Positions 22,397 through 33,638 of a stretch of DNA of 64,000 bases are shown here, in pieces. How positions within the stretch are numbered: the first letter of the stretch is position 1; each line of letters begins with the position of its first letter. The notes below the pieces were generated by a model. The model was not told where the DNA came from and did no database searches. It saw only the letters and a program-made list of their open reading frames with translations. Both the position numbers and the translations under genes were made by a program. Source of the stretch: Naegleria gruberi (lineage: Eukaryota); the NCBI GenBank assembly GCA_000004985.1, contig GG738870.1; one strand, 5' to 3'.

Positions 22397-22490
22397 AAAA
22401 TTCAATAAATATCTCAATTAAATTGTAATGATTTTTCCTTGTGTTTCTTATTCTTCTTTGAAAGATGACATGTGACTTTAGTCAAAAAAA

Positions 22491-23933
22491 ATGCATCTAG
22501 ACCAAGACATGGACATTCCCTCTATCTCTTCTCCTTCTTCAACTCAAGCAGCCTCCACATTCCTAGGATCTCTTCCCGATCCTAATGCAATGACCAGAAA
22601 ATCAGTGCTGGCCATTGTGAAAGGAAAATTCACATCTTGCACAAAACATCTTCAGAGAACAATAATACAAAACGAAAGGACGAGGAAATTTATTCGAAAA
22701 TCGAAAGAATTTATTGAATTTGCTGGCGAATTTTCAAGAAAGGACTTGTTGGAGATTGTGTGGAAAAAGTGGAAATTGGCAGTTTTGTGTTTTTTATTTG
22801 GAATATTAATTGGATTCTTCTTTTTGAGTCATGACACAAGAGTTGAGGAGGATTTGACAGATGCCAGAATGAAAAATACTCTTTCATTTCCTTTACCTGA
22901 TGGATTTGATGAAAAGAAAACGACACAGGATAATTTTGACCTGTTGAGACATTTTTACTTGTCCTATTCGAGACATTTGTTGAATTATGAAGGCGGACAT
23001 TTGGATGTTTTTGATACATCTGTGAAATCAATTAAGGATATTGAACCATCACTATTATTTAAGAATTTTACATTGAAAAGTAAGCCAGTTGTTTTGAAAG
23101 AGTTTGGAATTGGTTGGAGAGCTAAAAGAGAATGGTACAAGGTTGACTATTTGAAGAGTTACAAACAGGAGGAAATGTACAGTGTAGAAAAGAACAAGAA
23201 TGGAATTTTCCATGAATTGAATATTGAGAATGCTAAATTTGAAATGATGGTAAGTTGGAAATCACAAGATTGAATTTACTGAAACGATGAAAGAATTTCA
23301 AAAAATTTGTGGAACAATCAGTCAAATACAAGTTGCTTCTCTCGGTTGACCTTTCAAAGTTACCACATTTACAGCATGACATTCCAAAATGGCCAACTGT
23401 TGTTTCAAATGGTTTCTACACTCACATCTCCACTCATTCTCTCATTACCACTGGAAAAACAACTAGATTGTTAAAATCGAGTAAGTAATCTTTCTACTCC
23501 AAATTATTGAATCAATTTTAATAGATAATTACGAAACTATTCAATGCCAAATCGTTGGAAAGTCTGAACTACTTTTATTCGATCCATTCCAAGTTGATTT
23601 GTAAGTAGAATTTCAACTAGAATTTCACACAACAAATTATTAACAAGACTTTATCCACATGAAAGTTATCCTAATCATGTCCGATTCAATCCATACAGTC
23701 CAGATGAGAAGAAGTACCCTCTCTCTCGATTTGCACGACCTCTCAAAACCCAATTGAGTGAAGGTGATTGTCTCTTTATTCCATCCTATTGGTTCTATTC
23801 AGTTCAATCAAATTCTGATTTGGGATCCAATCATCTCAATCCATCTGATTTTAATATTGTTGTTGAATATTACTATTCGACCATTAGCAATGCTCACAAA
23901 GTCTCATATGAATCAATTCTCAGAGGCCAATAA
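22491..23933 (+). CDS. JmjC-domain (cupin) protein, probable 2-oxoglutarate/Fe(II) oxygenase. Four exons: 22491-23249, 23333-23480, 23525-23600, 23648-23933
   Basis: JmjC hallmarks: KPVVLKEFGIGWRAKREWYKVDYL; GKSELLLFDPFQVDL|LYP; GDCLFIPSYWFYSVQ. All donors are GTAAGT and the phases (0, 1, 2) close the frame. Total 1269 nt = 422 aa. Confidence 0.65.
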
Positions 23934-23944
23934 TCATTCTTGTA

Positions 23945-24060
23945 ATATACTCTATATTTGGAAATTTACCAAACCATCCAAATTTCCAAAATAGACAATT
24001 TCCATTCCACCCCTATAAATTTCCATTCAAATTTCCAATACACTGCCACTTTACTTTATA
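23945..24060 (+). promoter_or_regulatory. Cluster of five AAATTTCCA direct repeats in the ~120 bp upstream of the 24085 gene
   Basis: ggaaatttacc, ccaaatttccaaaa, caatttccattcc, taaatttccattc and aaatttccaatac all occur within 23945-24060. Confidence 0.5.
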
Positions 24061-24084
24061 AAAAACTCCAAAAATCAAATTAAA

Positions 24085-24408
24085 ATGGTCAAGACAGATC
24101 ACATTAAATACATTGATGACTACGATAAGAAACATGCACCAACAGATCATGTTTTCCACCCCACCACAAAGAGAGAACTTCGTCGAATGAAACAATCTCA
24201 AAGTTTGTGGGGAAATATTGGGGAAACACTCACAAGCACATTGAAGAATGTTCCACTTGTGGGAGAACAAGTGGAATCTCAACAGAAAATGTGGGAAGAA
24301 TCCAACTTGAAACAGGAAAGATTGAAAGGTGATAATAATATTGGATGGGGTGGCATTACACTTGAAGATACAGTGTTTAATAAGTTGTTTAATGAGACTG
24401 AATATTAG
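24085..24408 (+). CDS. Small hydrophilic hypothetical protein, 107 aa
   Basis: A clean ATG ORF, preceded by five copies of the AAATTTCCA motif. No family recognised. Confidence 0.45.
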   Translation: MVKTDHIKYIDDYDKKHAPTDHVFHPTTKRELRRMKQSQSLWGNIGETLTSTLKNVPLVGEQVESQQKMWEESNLKQERLKGDNNIGWGGITLEDTVFNKLFNETEY

Positions 24409-24493
24409 ATTTTTAAACATTTCCTAATTTGTAAATAAACTTATTTCAAATAATTGAATTCATATAAAATAAAAAGTTGATTTATTATTTACA

Positions 24494-25624
24494 TTAAATT
24501 TGTGGAGTGTATAATCTGATACACTTTCCACCCGTATTCATAGAATATTGATTATAAACTCTCGAAATTGTACTCAAATACTCCAACGAATCAGAATCAT
24601 TCACAAAGAAACCAACAGTGTGAATCTTTGGCACAACAATCATATTTCTCTTAAATCTACCAAGCTGTGATCCAACATTGAATGCAGGAACCTCTACCTC
24701 AGTAACCTTACCAACCAAATAGAGAGCACTCTTTGGATTGGCATCTTGTTGAAACATGTCAATCAGATTTTCCATAAAGTCTACTGTAGAAGCCTGTTCA
24801 TATTCAAGAGAATCAATTGCAACCAATGCCTTCCTAATATTTTCACTTGTTGCTTGAACGAGTTGTTGTCCAAAAACACTGTCAAATTTGGAAGTAAGGA
24901 AAACCAAGCCAAACTTTTGATGAGATTTCAATCTTCTCAAGGCATGGATTGTGGCCAGCTTGAGTGCTTCAAAGCTAGAAGTGTTGGAATACTTGCTCAA
25001 TGGTTTTGGAGATTCAACGTGCTCATTACCAATGGCCAAAACAACGACATCTTCATCCAAATCTTCATAGACACAATCTGGAACAAAGCTATCCAACAAG
25101 AGAGATGCCTTTCTAGCAAGTCTTGCATCAATTCCAAATATCTTGAGAGAAATACTGTGTCTCCTCTCTCGTGTCAAATTGTTAATTTTCTGCTTGATTT
25201 GACTCAAGAGCGCCATCTTTTCTTCACTTTTTTCTGTCAATTTGTTGATAAATTCTGGAACATCATCCACATGTATTCTGGCCATTCTATTGATGAGTTG
25301 ATTTCTCCACTTTTCCTTATATTCTAAATAGTCAAATGAGGAAAGTATGGTAAGTATGTCTGACCAATGTATCAGAGCTTGTTCATCATACATGAATGAA
25401 TTCAACAGCTTATCCCTCAACTCTTGACTCTGAACCTTTTCAAATTTTGTTAAAAGTCTTGATATCCTTTCAGAGGGTATCGTTATTTGATGATTACAAG
25501 CTTCATAGAGTACATCCTCAACTGGGTTCACACTCAACACTCTTCCCTTGCATGTAGTAGGGCTGAAAAAAACAACCAACATGATGAATACAAGTAAGAA
25601 GCTAATGTTTGTTATTGTGGACAT
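24494..25624 (-). CDS. Hypothetical protein with an N-terminal signal/anchor segment, 376 aa
   Basis: ATG-initiated continuous ORF. N-terminal hydrophobic segment FLLVFIMLVVFFSPTTC. No family recognised. Confidence 0.5.
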   Translation of the reverse strand: MSTITNISFLLVFIMLVVFFSPTTCKGRVLSVNPVEDVLYEACNHQITIPSERISRLLTKFEKVQSQELRDKLLNSFMYDEQALIHWSDILTILSSFDYLEYKEKWRNQLINRMARIHVDDVPEFINKLTEKSEEKMALLSQIKQKINNLTRERRHSISLKIFGIDARLARKASLLLDSFVPDCVYEDLDEDVVVLAIGNEHVESPKPLSKYSNTSSFEALKLATIHALRRLKSHQKFGLVFLTSKFDSVFGQQLVQATSENIRKALVAIDSLEYEQASTVDFMENLIDMFQQDANPKSALYLVGKVTEVEVPAFNVGSQLGRFKRNMIVVPKIHTVGFFVNDSDSLEYLSTISRVYNQYSMNTGGKCIRLYTPQI

Positions 25625-26529
25625 TTTTTCAATGTTTGTTAATTATTGCGATGGCTAGAGAAGAGCCAATTTCACAACGACATTCAGTGACAAACAAGCA
25701 ACAATGTTGTGGCAAGCTGAATGGCCCATATTAAGAAGTTTTGAACTTCTCAAACTGAAATTTTGTTTGGTCATTTAGAGAACAACTCTTCCCATGTAAG
25801 GATTGTTGTTGCATTGGAGTCTCATTTAGGATGTGTTTTCTTCCTTTCTGTTTGGGCTACAATATGGATCAAATGGTCTCATTATATTGATGAATAATCA
25901 TTAAGGAAGAGAGAATATGGGGACATCACTTCACTCAGTTAAAATTCAGTTTTATAAGGGTATCTAAAAGTGGTACTCCTAAGAGTTGGCTCATCATAGC
26001 CGACTGATTAAGGGTACTACACAATAATCCTCACACAAGATGATGTACTGTTGTGGATTGTGATGAAAATTACATGAGTAATTTGAATGATGCTAATAAT
26101 AGTATTGATTGTGGTAAAAAGCGAAAGTGGTACCACTTGTGAATTTTTATCGCTTCAACATATTTCAATACTTGTCTTTTTGCATAATGTAGATATTATT
26201 CAATACATGTTATTCAATTCCGTTGTTGTGTGTATCATCATTTCTCTCAATTCAACATTTTCACTTGATGATTGGCGTGTTTGTTGATTGGTTTTATCAC
26301 AGCAGCAAATAAGCGAAAAGAACGTGCGCTACTTAAAAAAAGAATATTTCCATGCATTGTTTTGCTTTCCACTATTATCCTTCGTCAACAACAACAACAT
26401 CCTTTGCAACAAGAAGAAATTCGCTTTTTAATCAACAAGAAGAAACAAACAATTACTTGTTTTAAACGTTGTTATCCAATCCACAATTGCTTTAGTAGTA
26501 TTATTTAATTTTAGTTTCTTTCCGTAAAT

Positions 26530-28152
26530 ATGAAAGTCTCATTATCCAACAACAACAACAACAAGGCTTCCTCTTCTACAAGCACTTCAAGTAATGCCTC
26601 TTGTTATAGCTGTGGGAATGTTAATTCAATTAATAATAGACACACCACAAGCCATTCAACAAATTCTCTCAATCCCATTCAAACTACTACTGCTCCACAA
26701 ACAGTGTGTTGTGCAAAATTGGTTTCTCCTGTTGTTGATGCATCATCTTTATTGACAAGCAATAACAAGCAATCCTCACAAACTACCAACACTACATCAA
26801 CAATAGATATTGCTGCTCGTAAGGAGGATAATAGTGATAGGGCCATTGCTGGTATTCTTGGTTCTACTAATAATAATCAAAAGAATCAACAACCAACACT
26901 TTACTATTCCGTATTTAAATTACATGAAAGTGTCGACTCTCCAACCACAAATATGTTACTAGAGAATGGAAAATTGTTGTATTCACCAACAACAGCAACA
27001 AGTATTGTGATTAAATCCTCGTTTTCAACAATGACTAGTAATATTACTAGTAATAATAATAATACTAACAACAAACCTTGTAATAATAATAATAGTAATA
27101 TTAATAATAGTAATTCTATTAAACAAAGAAGAATGAATGATTCTACTTGTAGTGAATCAAACCTTAAAATTGTACAACAACGTTCAACTAGTAATAGTTC
27201 TTCTGACGAAGATGATACAACAGCACTCTCGGGAGATTCTAATTACTTTGACCCTTGTAATGAGGAAGACTTGGAATCGGAAGAAACCTCTGATAATTCT
27301 GATGAAGAAGAGGAAGACGAAGAGGATGAAGAGGAAGATGAAGAAGAGGAAGACGATGAAGCCGAGGAAGATGATGACGATGACTATTTCGATGCTGGTT
27401 CCGAAGATGATGAGCAAGACGAAGAGGATGAAGAAAACTCAAATCAATTCTGGTTTGGTATTGAGGAACCGTGTCATGTCTCTCGAGTCCTTCAATTATA
27501 TTGTAATTTCTTTAGATTGAATGCTGGAAGAGGAGCAAATAGTAGACTTCCTATTCAATTTATTGGTAAAATATGCAGAGCTATAATGAGTAATGATTTA
27601 TTTAATATTGACAATTCTGTTCGAACATTTGATATTGTTGATATTTATGAAAGGACATCTAATTTACAGTATGGAGCTGTTCATCGAAAATTAAAAACAG
27701 TATATGTGGAAACACATTATGATAATGAAGGATTACCTAGGAAGTTTAGAAAGAGAAAGTCAGAAGATTTTCCAGATAAATCTGAATACCTAAAATCTAG
27801 TTGGCTTTACTCGTTTCCAATATATGGAACCTCTGAAGAATATCATTATGAAAGTTCCCTTGTAGATAAAAGCGAAGAGATTGGATATGCAGACTTGCTT
27901 AATAGAAGTCTCCAAAAGTTTAATTGTAAATGTAAAGAAATTGCAGGCAGTCCGAATGACAGTCAATTCATGTATACACCATGTCAACAAGATGATGACG
28001 ATGATGATTGTGATTCAGATTCTGATAATTCCGACTATGAAGGAGAAGATAGCTCCATACCTAATTATATGAAAGATTTAATTCCACATTTATCAGGGCG
28101 TGGGTATTTGGATACTGATATTTGTTATGGTTACTTTGAAGATGATAAGTGA
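26530..28152 (+). CDS. Low-complexity protein: Asn/Ser/Thr-rich N-terminus, a ~60-aa Asp/Glu tract and a structured C-terminal region. 540 aa
   Basis: ATG ORF. The acidic tract EEEEDEEDEEEDEEEEDDEAEEDDDDD explains the overlapping antisense ORFs 27137-27520, 27184-27417 and 27239-27442. The C-terminal ~230 aa are not low-complexity. Confidence 0.55.
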   Translation: MKVSLSNNNNNKASSSTSTSSNASCYSCGNVNSINNRHTTSHSTNSLNPIQTTTAPQTVCCAKLVSPVVDASSLLTSNNKQSSQTTNTTSTIDIAARKEDNSDRAIAGILGSTNNNQKNQQPTLYYSVFKLHESVDSPTTNMLLENGKLLYSPTTATSIVIKSSFSTMTSNITSNNNNTNNKPCNNNNSNINNSNSIKQRRMNDSTCSESNLKIVQQRSTSNSSSDEDDTTALSGDSNYFDPCNEEDLESEETSDNSDEEEEDEEDEEEDEEEEDDEAEEDDDDDYFDAGSEDDEQDEEDEENSNQFWFGIEEPCHVSRVLQLYCNFFRLNAGRGANSRLPIQFIGKICRAIMSNDLFNIDNSVRTFDIVDIYERTSNLQYGAVHRKLKTVYVETHYDNEGLPRKFRKRKSEDFPDKSEYLKSSWLYSFPIYGTSEEYHYESSLVDKSEEIGYADLLNRSLQKFNCKCKEIAGSPNDSQFMYTPCQQDDDDDDCDSDSDNSDYEGEDSSIPNYMKDLIPHLSGRGYLDTDICYGYFEDDK

Positions 28153-28196
28153 TGAGTGTCACTTTACTAACTTATTACACACTACAAATAATAAAT

Positions 28197-29972
28197 TTAT
28201 TGTAGTTTCTTGATAAATAGATTTCCCTCTGTGATTTGTAGCAGCTTTTTGTCTTGAGGTGGAAGGGCTTTGAGCATTGAGGTAAATTTATCTTGCTCTT
28301 TTTCAGTTTCTAACATGAGTTTTCTCATGTTTGCATCAATATTGAGAGATTTCTCGTCAATGAGGGACAGTATCTTATTTTCGGTGAGTGTTGTAATCAA
28401 TCTTGGTTCTTGTAATAGTTTATCGAGAATTGATTGGAGGGGTGAAGAAGAATCGGTCAAGGAGCAAGAGGCAAATGGACCAATCACATTTAAGGCGAGA
28501 TACTCGGAAAATTTGTGGATTTGAGTAATGTCGTTGCTATTCAATGCGGATATCATCCAAGAGAGAAAGTTGTTAATTCTCAACGTGAGAGGAGGTGAAG
28601 AGTTAGTCAATTGACAAAATATTGCAAGTGGAAGGTTTTGAGAGAGAATTTCCTCAACCAAGTGAGTAATATTTGAATTGTTGGTCATATGATTGGAATA
28701 AATTTCCATCCATTTTCTTATAATTGAAATGATGTTAGCTTTGGAGGAGGCAGATATGTACTTGGAATGTATTAGGACCTTAATAGTTGAAATGTATTCT
28801 TTTGAGCGCTTGGGAGTAAAGAGAACATTGTATCCGTGTGTAGAAAGAGTGTACAATAATACAAGAGGATCCAACAATATTTCATCAATGGTAGGAGTAG
28901 TTGTAGTGGTGAATGAATGATTGCTACTACCATCACAATTATTGCAACAATAAGCAAGTAAAACGTCAGTCATTTCTGCCAAATAATTCGCATCTACTAA
29001 GGGTATCAGCAAGTCTGGATAGTTAATCAAGCAGTAGCTTAATAGCTTGTAAAAGAGGCTCAAAATTCCAATGTGGGTATTTATCATATATTCTCCGAAA
29101 ATATTGGATCGTCCGAAATCAAATGGTAATGCCAACAGATTTACAATTCTTCCAAAATGGCATTGTATCAATTCGCTTCTGAATAACGAGCTTACTGTTG
29201 TGCAGTTGATAATACACTGCAGAGTGGAGGCAACGATTCCTCTCAACGAGGGTGATTCTTTGATTGATCTCATTATTATTTCATCCAACAAGTTGGACAC
29301 TACTCGCTTAATAAATTGTTTGATTTGAGGGTGTGTAAACTTTTCAAAATCTTGCACAGATTTCACACAATATAGGATATTGATAAATATCTCCCTCAAT
29401 AGATCTTGTCTTTGAATTCCCACTCCAACAATCAGATAGAAATCTATAGTAATTAATGTATTTACAATGGCCAACTCCTTCTCCACATCTTCAAAATTGT
29501 CATTGATTCCAATTTGATTTGCGCATCTGCAATGCAAATCCATCAGAACATTTATCACTTGCAATATTTTCACACGAACAGCATCAGGTGGCTGCAAAAC
29601 ACTACCATTATTTACAACAATTAAACAATCCAACAATCTCCGTATTAATTTGTTTCTCTCCACACGTCCAAACTCAATCCTTTCATACGATGGTGCAATC
29701 TCCTCATTCTCCTCCACTAAACCTGAACGAATCATCAAACCATTGCAAAATTCCAACATTTCCTCACAAATCTCCTCTTGTGCAGACCACCACTCTTGTG
29801 GTGATGCTACAAATTCCTGCACAGCTGTAAACACACCAACCTCCATAGCAGACAACATTTCAACAAACCTGGCCTCTTCAATATCGGTGAATTGGTTGGT
29901 TGTTGTTGCTGCTGCTGATTTGGTCCCAACAAATCGGTTCGGTGTTTGGTGCGACATTGTAGTAGCAACCAT
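28197..29972 (-). CDS. Hypothetical helical (HEAT/ARM-like?) protein, 591 aa
   Basis: Long ATG-initiated ORF; an in-frame TGA lies 80 nt upstream. No motif recognised. Confidence 0.5.
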   Translation of the reverse strand: MVATTMSHQTPNRFVGTKSAAATTTNQFTDIEEARFVEMLSAMEVGVFTAVQEFVASPQEWWSAQEEICEEMLEFCNGLMIRSGLVEENEEIAPSYERIEFGRVERNKLIRRLLDCLIVVNNGSVLQPPDAVRVKILQVINVLMDLHCRCANQIGINDNFEDVEKELAIVNTLITIDFYLIVGVGIQRQDLLREIFINILYCVKSVQDFEKFTHPQIKQFIKRVVSNLLDEIIMRSIKESPSLRGIVASTLQCIINCTTVSSLFRSELIQCHFGRIVNLLALPFDFGRSNIFGEYMINTHIGILSLFYKLLSYCLINYPDLLIPLVDANYLAEMTDVLLAYCCNNCDGSSNHSFTTTTTPTIDEILLDPLVLLYTLSTHGYNVLFTPKRSKEYISTIKVLIHSKYISASSKANIISIIRKWMEIYSNHMTNNSNITHLVEEILSQNLPLAIFCQLTNSSPPLTLRINNFLSWMISALNSNDITQIHKFSEYLALNVIGPFASCSLTDSSSPLQSILDKLLQEPRLITTLTENKILSLIDEKSLNIDANMRKLMLETEKEQDKFTSMLKALPPQDKKLLQITEGNLFIKKLQ

Positions 29973-30084
29973 GATGATAGACAGCAGAGAAAAAGGCGGG
30001 TTGACTTGGTATTTTTTTAAACAACGGCAACAAACACAACTAAGGCTTTTTTCGTTTCAAAAAAAAAACAACACACACTAAAAA

Positions 30085-30386
30085 ATGGATCTTATTAATA
30101 ATTCCACTCCTAAGGTTGAAGGAAGCATGGGTTTGATTGTCCTCATCCTCAACATTTTATTCCCAGGTTGGGGTACAGTTATTGCTGCTATCGTACGTGT
30201 TTTTTAAGAATGTTATTAACTTTTTAATCTCAATTATTTTTTTTTGCTTAATACACAAAACAGCTCACTGCTGAAAAGGAAAAGATGATGCCAACTTTGA
30301 TTGTCGGTATTCTCCAATTCGTCTTGACCTCCTTCTTGATTGGTTGGTTCTGGTCTATTTGGTGGGGTTTCAAGATCTATCAGTAA
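30085..30386 (+). CDS. Tiny two-transmembrane protein, 76 aa (possibly Stum/SPEC3-like). Two exons: 30085-30192 and 30264-30386
   Basis: MDLINNSTPKVEGSMGLIVLILNILFPGWGTVIAAI | LTAEKEKMMPTLIVGILQFVLTSFLIGWFWSIWWGFKIYQ. GTACGT donor at 30193, CAG acceptor at 30261-30263. Family assignment is from memory only. Confidence 0.45.
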
Positions 30387-30644
30387 GTTTTTTTAACATA
30401 ACAAAATTTGAATTTAACCATTATTACTTTAACAGAATTTCGTAAGTTTACTAGGAATTTAACAATTTTGACATTGTAATTTTACTAATTAACATTTTTG
30501 AAATTAATTTCATGACTTGCAGTTCTGCTCAATAAATTTGAACAATGTTCTAAATATATTTTGAACTAAAATTATCAATTCTGTGAAAATGATTTCTAAT
30601 TCAATCAAAATTAAATAATAAATTTATTTAATTATTTAAAAAAT

Positions 30645-31688
30645 ATGCCCAAATTTCCCAACTTTATTCCAGACCTTCAATTCGCTCGTTTCAATGATAG
30701 GAAAATTATCAATTGGTTTCCTGGTCACATGGCCAAAGCAACCAAACAAATCAAGGAAAAATTAAAATACATTGATTTTGTTATTGAAGTGAGAGATGCT
30801 CGTGTTCCGATATCATCAAAAAACAAGACCATCAATGAAATATTTATTCACAAAAAACGATTAATTCTCTTTAATAAGTGTGACTTGATTTCCAAGGAGC
30901 ATCAGGAACAAATTAAAAAGTATTTTTCTAGTGAAAGTTCCAGTGCAACAATTGAAGGACCGAAAGTATTGGGAACTTTATTCACCAGTGCAAAACAAGG
31001 ACTCAATGTAAATAAGATTGTACAAGAATGTTTACACAATAAGAATATTGAAGTGGCTCCGAAAAAGTTTAAAACCATTCCATATACTTTTTTAATTGCT
31101 GGTGTTCCTAATGTTGGTAAATCGAGTATTATTAACAAGTTGATTGAAAAAAAGAAGGCTAAGGAAGGTGCACTTCCAGGTGTGACAAGAGGAATGGGTT
31201 TCTTCCCAATGAAAACAAGAGAAAATTGTCTTTTATTGGATACACCAGGTATTTTCCAACCTGATATTGAAACAAATGAACAAGGATTTAAGCTTTCACT
31301 AATTAATGCACTTCCAGATCATTTATTTGGTGGAGATAGTGCAGCTGGAGGTAATGCAACAGATTTGACACCTCTCATTGATTATATGCTTTTTCAATTG
31401 AATAGAAATGAATGTTATGATTATGTTGAAATTTTAGGATTGAAAGGACCAACAAAGAATATTGATGACTTGCTATTGGCAGCGTGTAAAAAATGGAAAA
31501 TGTTCACTTCTGGAGGAGAACCAGATCTCAATAAGGCACTCTCTCATCTTTTGTTTTGGTTTAGAACTGGGAAATTAGGACAAGTAGTGTTGGATTGTGA
31601 ATTATTGGAACAATCTCGTCTTAACAGTGAAATAGTAGTGGACTCTTTAAAGATGGGAAAGAACTCTTCATTAGAACCAAGTTCATAA
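30645..31688 (+). CDS. MTG1: Mitochondrial ribosome-associated GTPase 1 (MTG1 / YlqF-type circularly permuted GTPase), 347 aa
   Basis: Starts NWFPGHMAKATKQIKEKLKYIDFVIEVRDARVPISS. Permuted order: G4 NKCDL precedes G1 GVPNVGKSS and G3 DTPGI. One exon. Confidence 0.75.
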   Translation: MPKFPNFIPDLQFARFNDRKIINWFPGHMAKATKQIKEKLKYIDFVIEVRDARVPISSKNKTINEIFIHKKRLILFNKCDLISKEHQEQIKKYFSSESSSATIEGPKVLGTLFTSAKQGLNVNKIVQECLHNKNIEVAPKKFKTIPYTFLIAGVPNVGKSSIINKLIEKKKAKEGALPGVTRGMGFFPMKTRENCLLLDTPGIFQPDIETNEQGFKLSLINALPDHLFGGDSAAGGNATDLTPLIDYMLFQLNRNECYDYVEILGLKGPTKNIDDLLLAACKKWKMFTSGGEPDLNKALSHLLFWFRTGKLGQVVLDCELLEQSRLNSEIVVDSLKMGKNSSLEPSS

Positions 31689-31718
31689 TCTAATGAACCT
31701 TCTGTGCGAGTGGTAAAA

Positions 31719-32258
31719 CTAAGAGGTGATTTTGGACAAGAGTTTTTGGACTACCACATGTAGCTGGTAATTATTGGTGCTGTCCATAATATATTTCAAA
31801 ATTCCAATGATGGACTCAAAGCTATCCTTGTTTGGCACTTCAATTTTCGAATAAATAATTTCGAGTTTTGTGATGAATTGTTTTTGTATTGCCTCATCAC
31901 CAATGAGATGAATATCCTTTTTGATTTCCGAATAAATTTCATTAGCTGGCAATGGTTTTCTTTTACAATGAGAATCATTTCTCTTCTGTGCTAAAATATT
32001 TGAAATAATTTTACGTTTTGCCAGAGACTCCTCAACACTTGGTTCATTCGAGTCATTAAAAATTGTATTAGCCTTGACAATTTTCGAGTCCTTTTGATCG
32101 GAAATCCAAATTTCATCCAAATCATCATGTTCCATCTCCCTTCGTCTCTTGATGCCATTATTATTAAAACTATTGCTACTGGGTGATGAATAGACTAGTT
32201 GATCGTCAGCCATTTCGGAATCATTATCAGACATCATGAAGGTTTCATCTTGTTGCAT
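31719..32258 (-). CDS. Hypothetical acidic protein, 179 aa
   Basis: ATG ORF; no motif recognised. Confidence 0.4.
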   Translation of the reverse strand: MQQDETFMMSDNDSEMADDQLVYSSPSSNSFNNNGIKRRREMEHDDLDEIWISDQKDSKIVKANTIFNDSNEPSVEESLAKRKIISNILAQKRNDSHCKRKPLPANEIYSEIKKDIHLIGDEAIQKQFITKLEIIYSKIEVPNKDSFESIIGILKYIMDSTNNYQLHVVVQKLLSKITS

Positions 32259-32296
32259 TTTTTTCTCTAAAATAATGGATTGTAAACTCTAACGAT

Positions 32297-33559
32297 TTAT
32301 TGTTTAACCTGTTCCTTCTTTCCAAGACCAAGAAGAGACATTACGAAGGCAATGAAAGCAAAGAACCAAGCAAATGCATCTTGTTGTTGTGGTGTTGAGG
32401 TGTCTTGTTGTTGGAGTGTTTGATCCTTCTTGGCTTGTTTCTTCTTCTTAATGAACTCTGGCACTTCAATAACATCTCTATCAACTGAGATTCTGTTAAT
32501 ATGTCCTTCAATATTTTCAGAATCAATAACTTCAAATTGACTGCTATTGGATAATAGAGAAGGTATAGCATCAACAATACCAATACTCTTTACATTTTCA
32601 CAATAGTCCGAGTAGATTAAATTGGATTCACTATCGACAATGTAGAATCGTCTCAACAATTTCTTACTGGAAGCTTTGAGAATGGCTTCATCTTCATAGG
32701 CAATACGTGTCACTAATCCTTCAATAATATTCTTCTTGACAAGTTCAATAATAAATTCATCAGAATTTTTAACAGACTCTATTGTTTGAACGACACCACT
32801 AATAACACCACTCAAAACAATTTCCATAAGTTCAGATTCATCTTGTACTTTCTTTTCCTCAAGTTGTAGTTCAATATTGGTATTTAAAAAACATTTCACT
32901 CTCTTTTCCTTTCTATTCACTTTCCAAATATAATTCTTTTCAAATGATTTTTCCAATGTATTTTCAAGCTCATCAATCAAAGAATCAATGTTTTTACCAA
33001 CTTTCAGCTTGACGTGATATGGAAGGACACACAAATATTCCTTTAAACTGTTTGATGATATTGCTGACTTTTCAGTGAAAGAAACTGTCAAATCTTGTCT
33101 TTGTTTTCCGTTTTCAAACACAAATCCCTGAGGGACAAGTCCACTTGCTTCATCCTTTTGCAAATTGACAAAATAAATTTGAGAACCTTCCTCAGATTGT
33201 ATACTTTCAATGCTTCTCACATAAAGAGCAATCACATCACTCAATCTTTCCTTTACATTATACGAAAAATCCTTCAAATAAAAACCAGAAATCCTCACAT
33301 TAGATGGCAATGATTGTTGAAGAATTTGTACTTGTTTTTGAAACCACTCCGATGATACATTAGAGAAGGAACTTTTAGCCTTTTCCGATTCGAGAGAAGA
33401 TATGAGAGAAATAGTATGATGAAGAATTTCTTGATCTTCTTCCTCTTGTTTGTACCCGATCGAAAGAAGCAAACCAATATCAAAGTTTTCTTGTTGATCA
33501 ACTCGCTTTTTTAAATTACTCAAAAAATCAACAGATGTATTCAAGGCTTTTTGACTCAT
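32297..33559 (-). CDS. Tail-anchored membrane protein, 420 aa, possibly ODR-4-like
   Basis: ATG ORF with a single C-terminal transmembrane segment (AFAWFFAFIAFVMSLLGLG). The ODR-4 similarity is a weak recollection. Confidence 0.45.
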   Translation of the reverse strand: MSQKALNTSVDFLSNLKKRVDQQENFDIGLLLSIGYKQEEEDQEILHHTISLISSLESEKAKSSFSNVSSEWFQKQVQILQQSLPSNVRISGFYLKDFSYNVKERLSDVIALYVRSIESIQSEEGSQIYFVNLQKDEASGLVPQGFVFENGKQRQDLTVSFTEKSAISSNSLKEYLCVLPYHVKLKVGKNIDSLIDELENTLEKSFEKNYIWKVNRKEKRVKCFLNTNIELQLEEKKVQDESELMEIVLSGVISGVVQTIESVKNSDEFIIELVKKNIIEGLVTRIAYEDEAILKASSKKLLRRFYIVDSESNLIYSDYCENVKSIGIVDAIPSLLSNSSQFEVIDSENIEGHINRISVDRDVIEVPEFIKKKKQAKKDQTLQQQDTSTPQQQDAFAWFFAFIAFVMSLLGLGKKEQVKQ

Positions 33560-33638
33560 TTTTTTTAATAATTTTTAATAAATTAAATATTATTTAATAT
33601 TATTTAAAATTAATAATGCAATATATTACAGTAACAAA

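Noticed and set aside
27137-27520. Overlapping ORFs on both strands (27137-27520, 27184-27417, 27239-27442) that look like stacked genes
   Set aside because: They lie inside the GAA/GAT-rich acidic tract of the 26530-28152 gene. They are repeat-driven frame artefacts with Lys/Arg- or Leu/His-rich nonsense translations.
30902-31138. Antisense ORF inside MTG1
   Set aside because: It lies opposite a well-supported conserved GTPase coding region.
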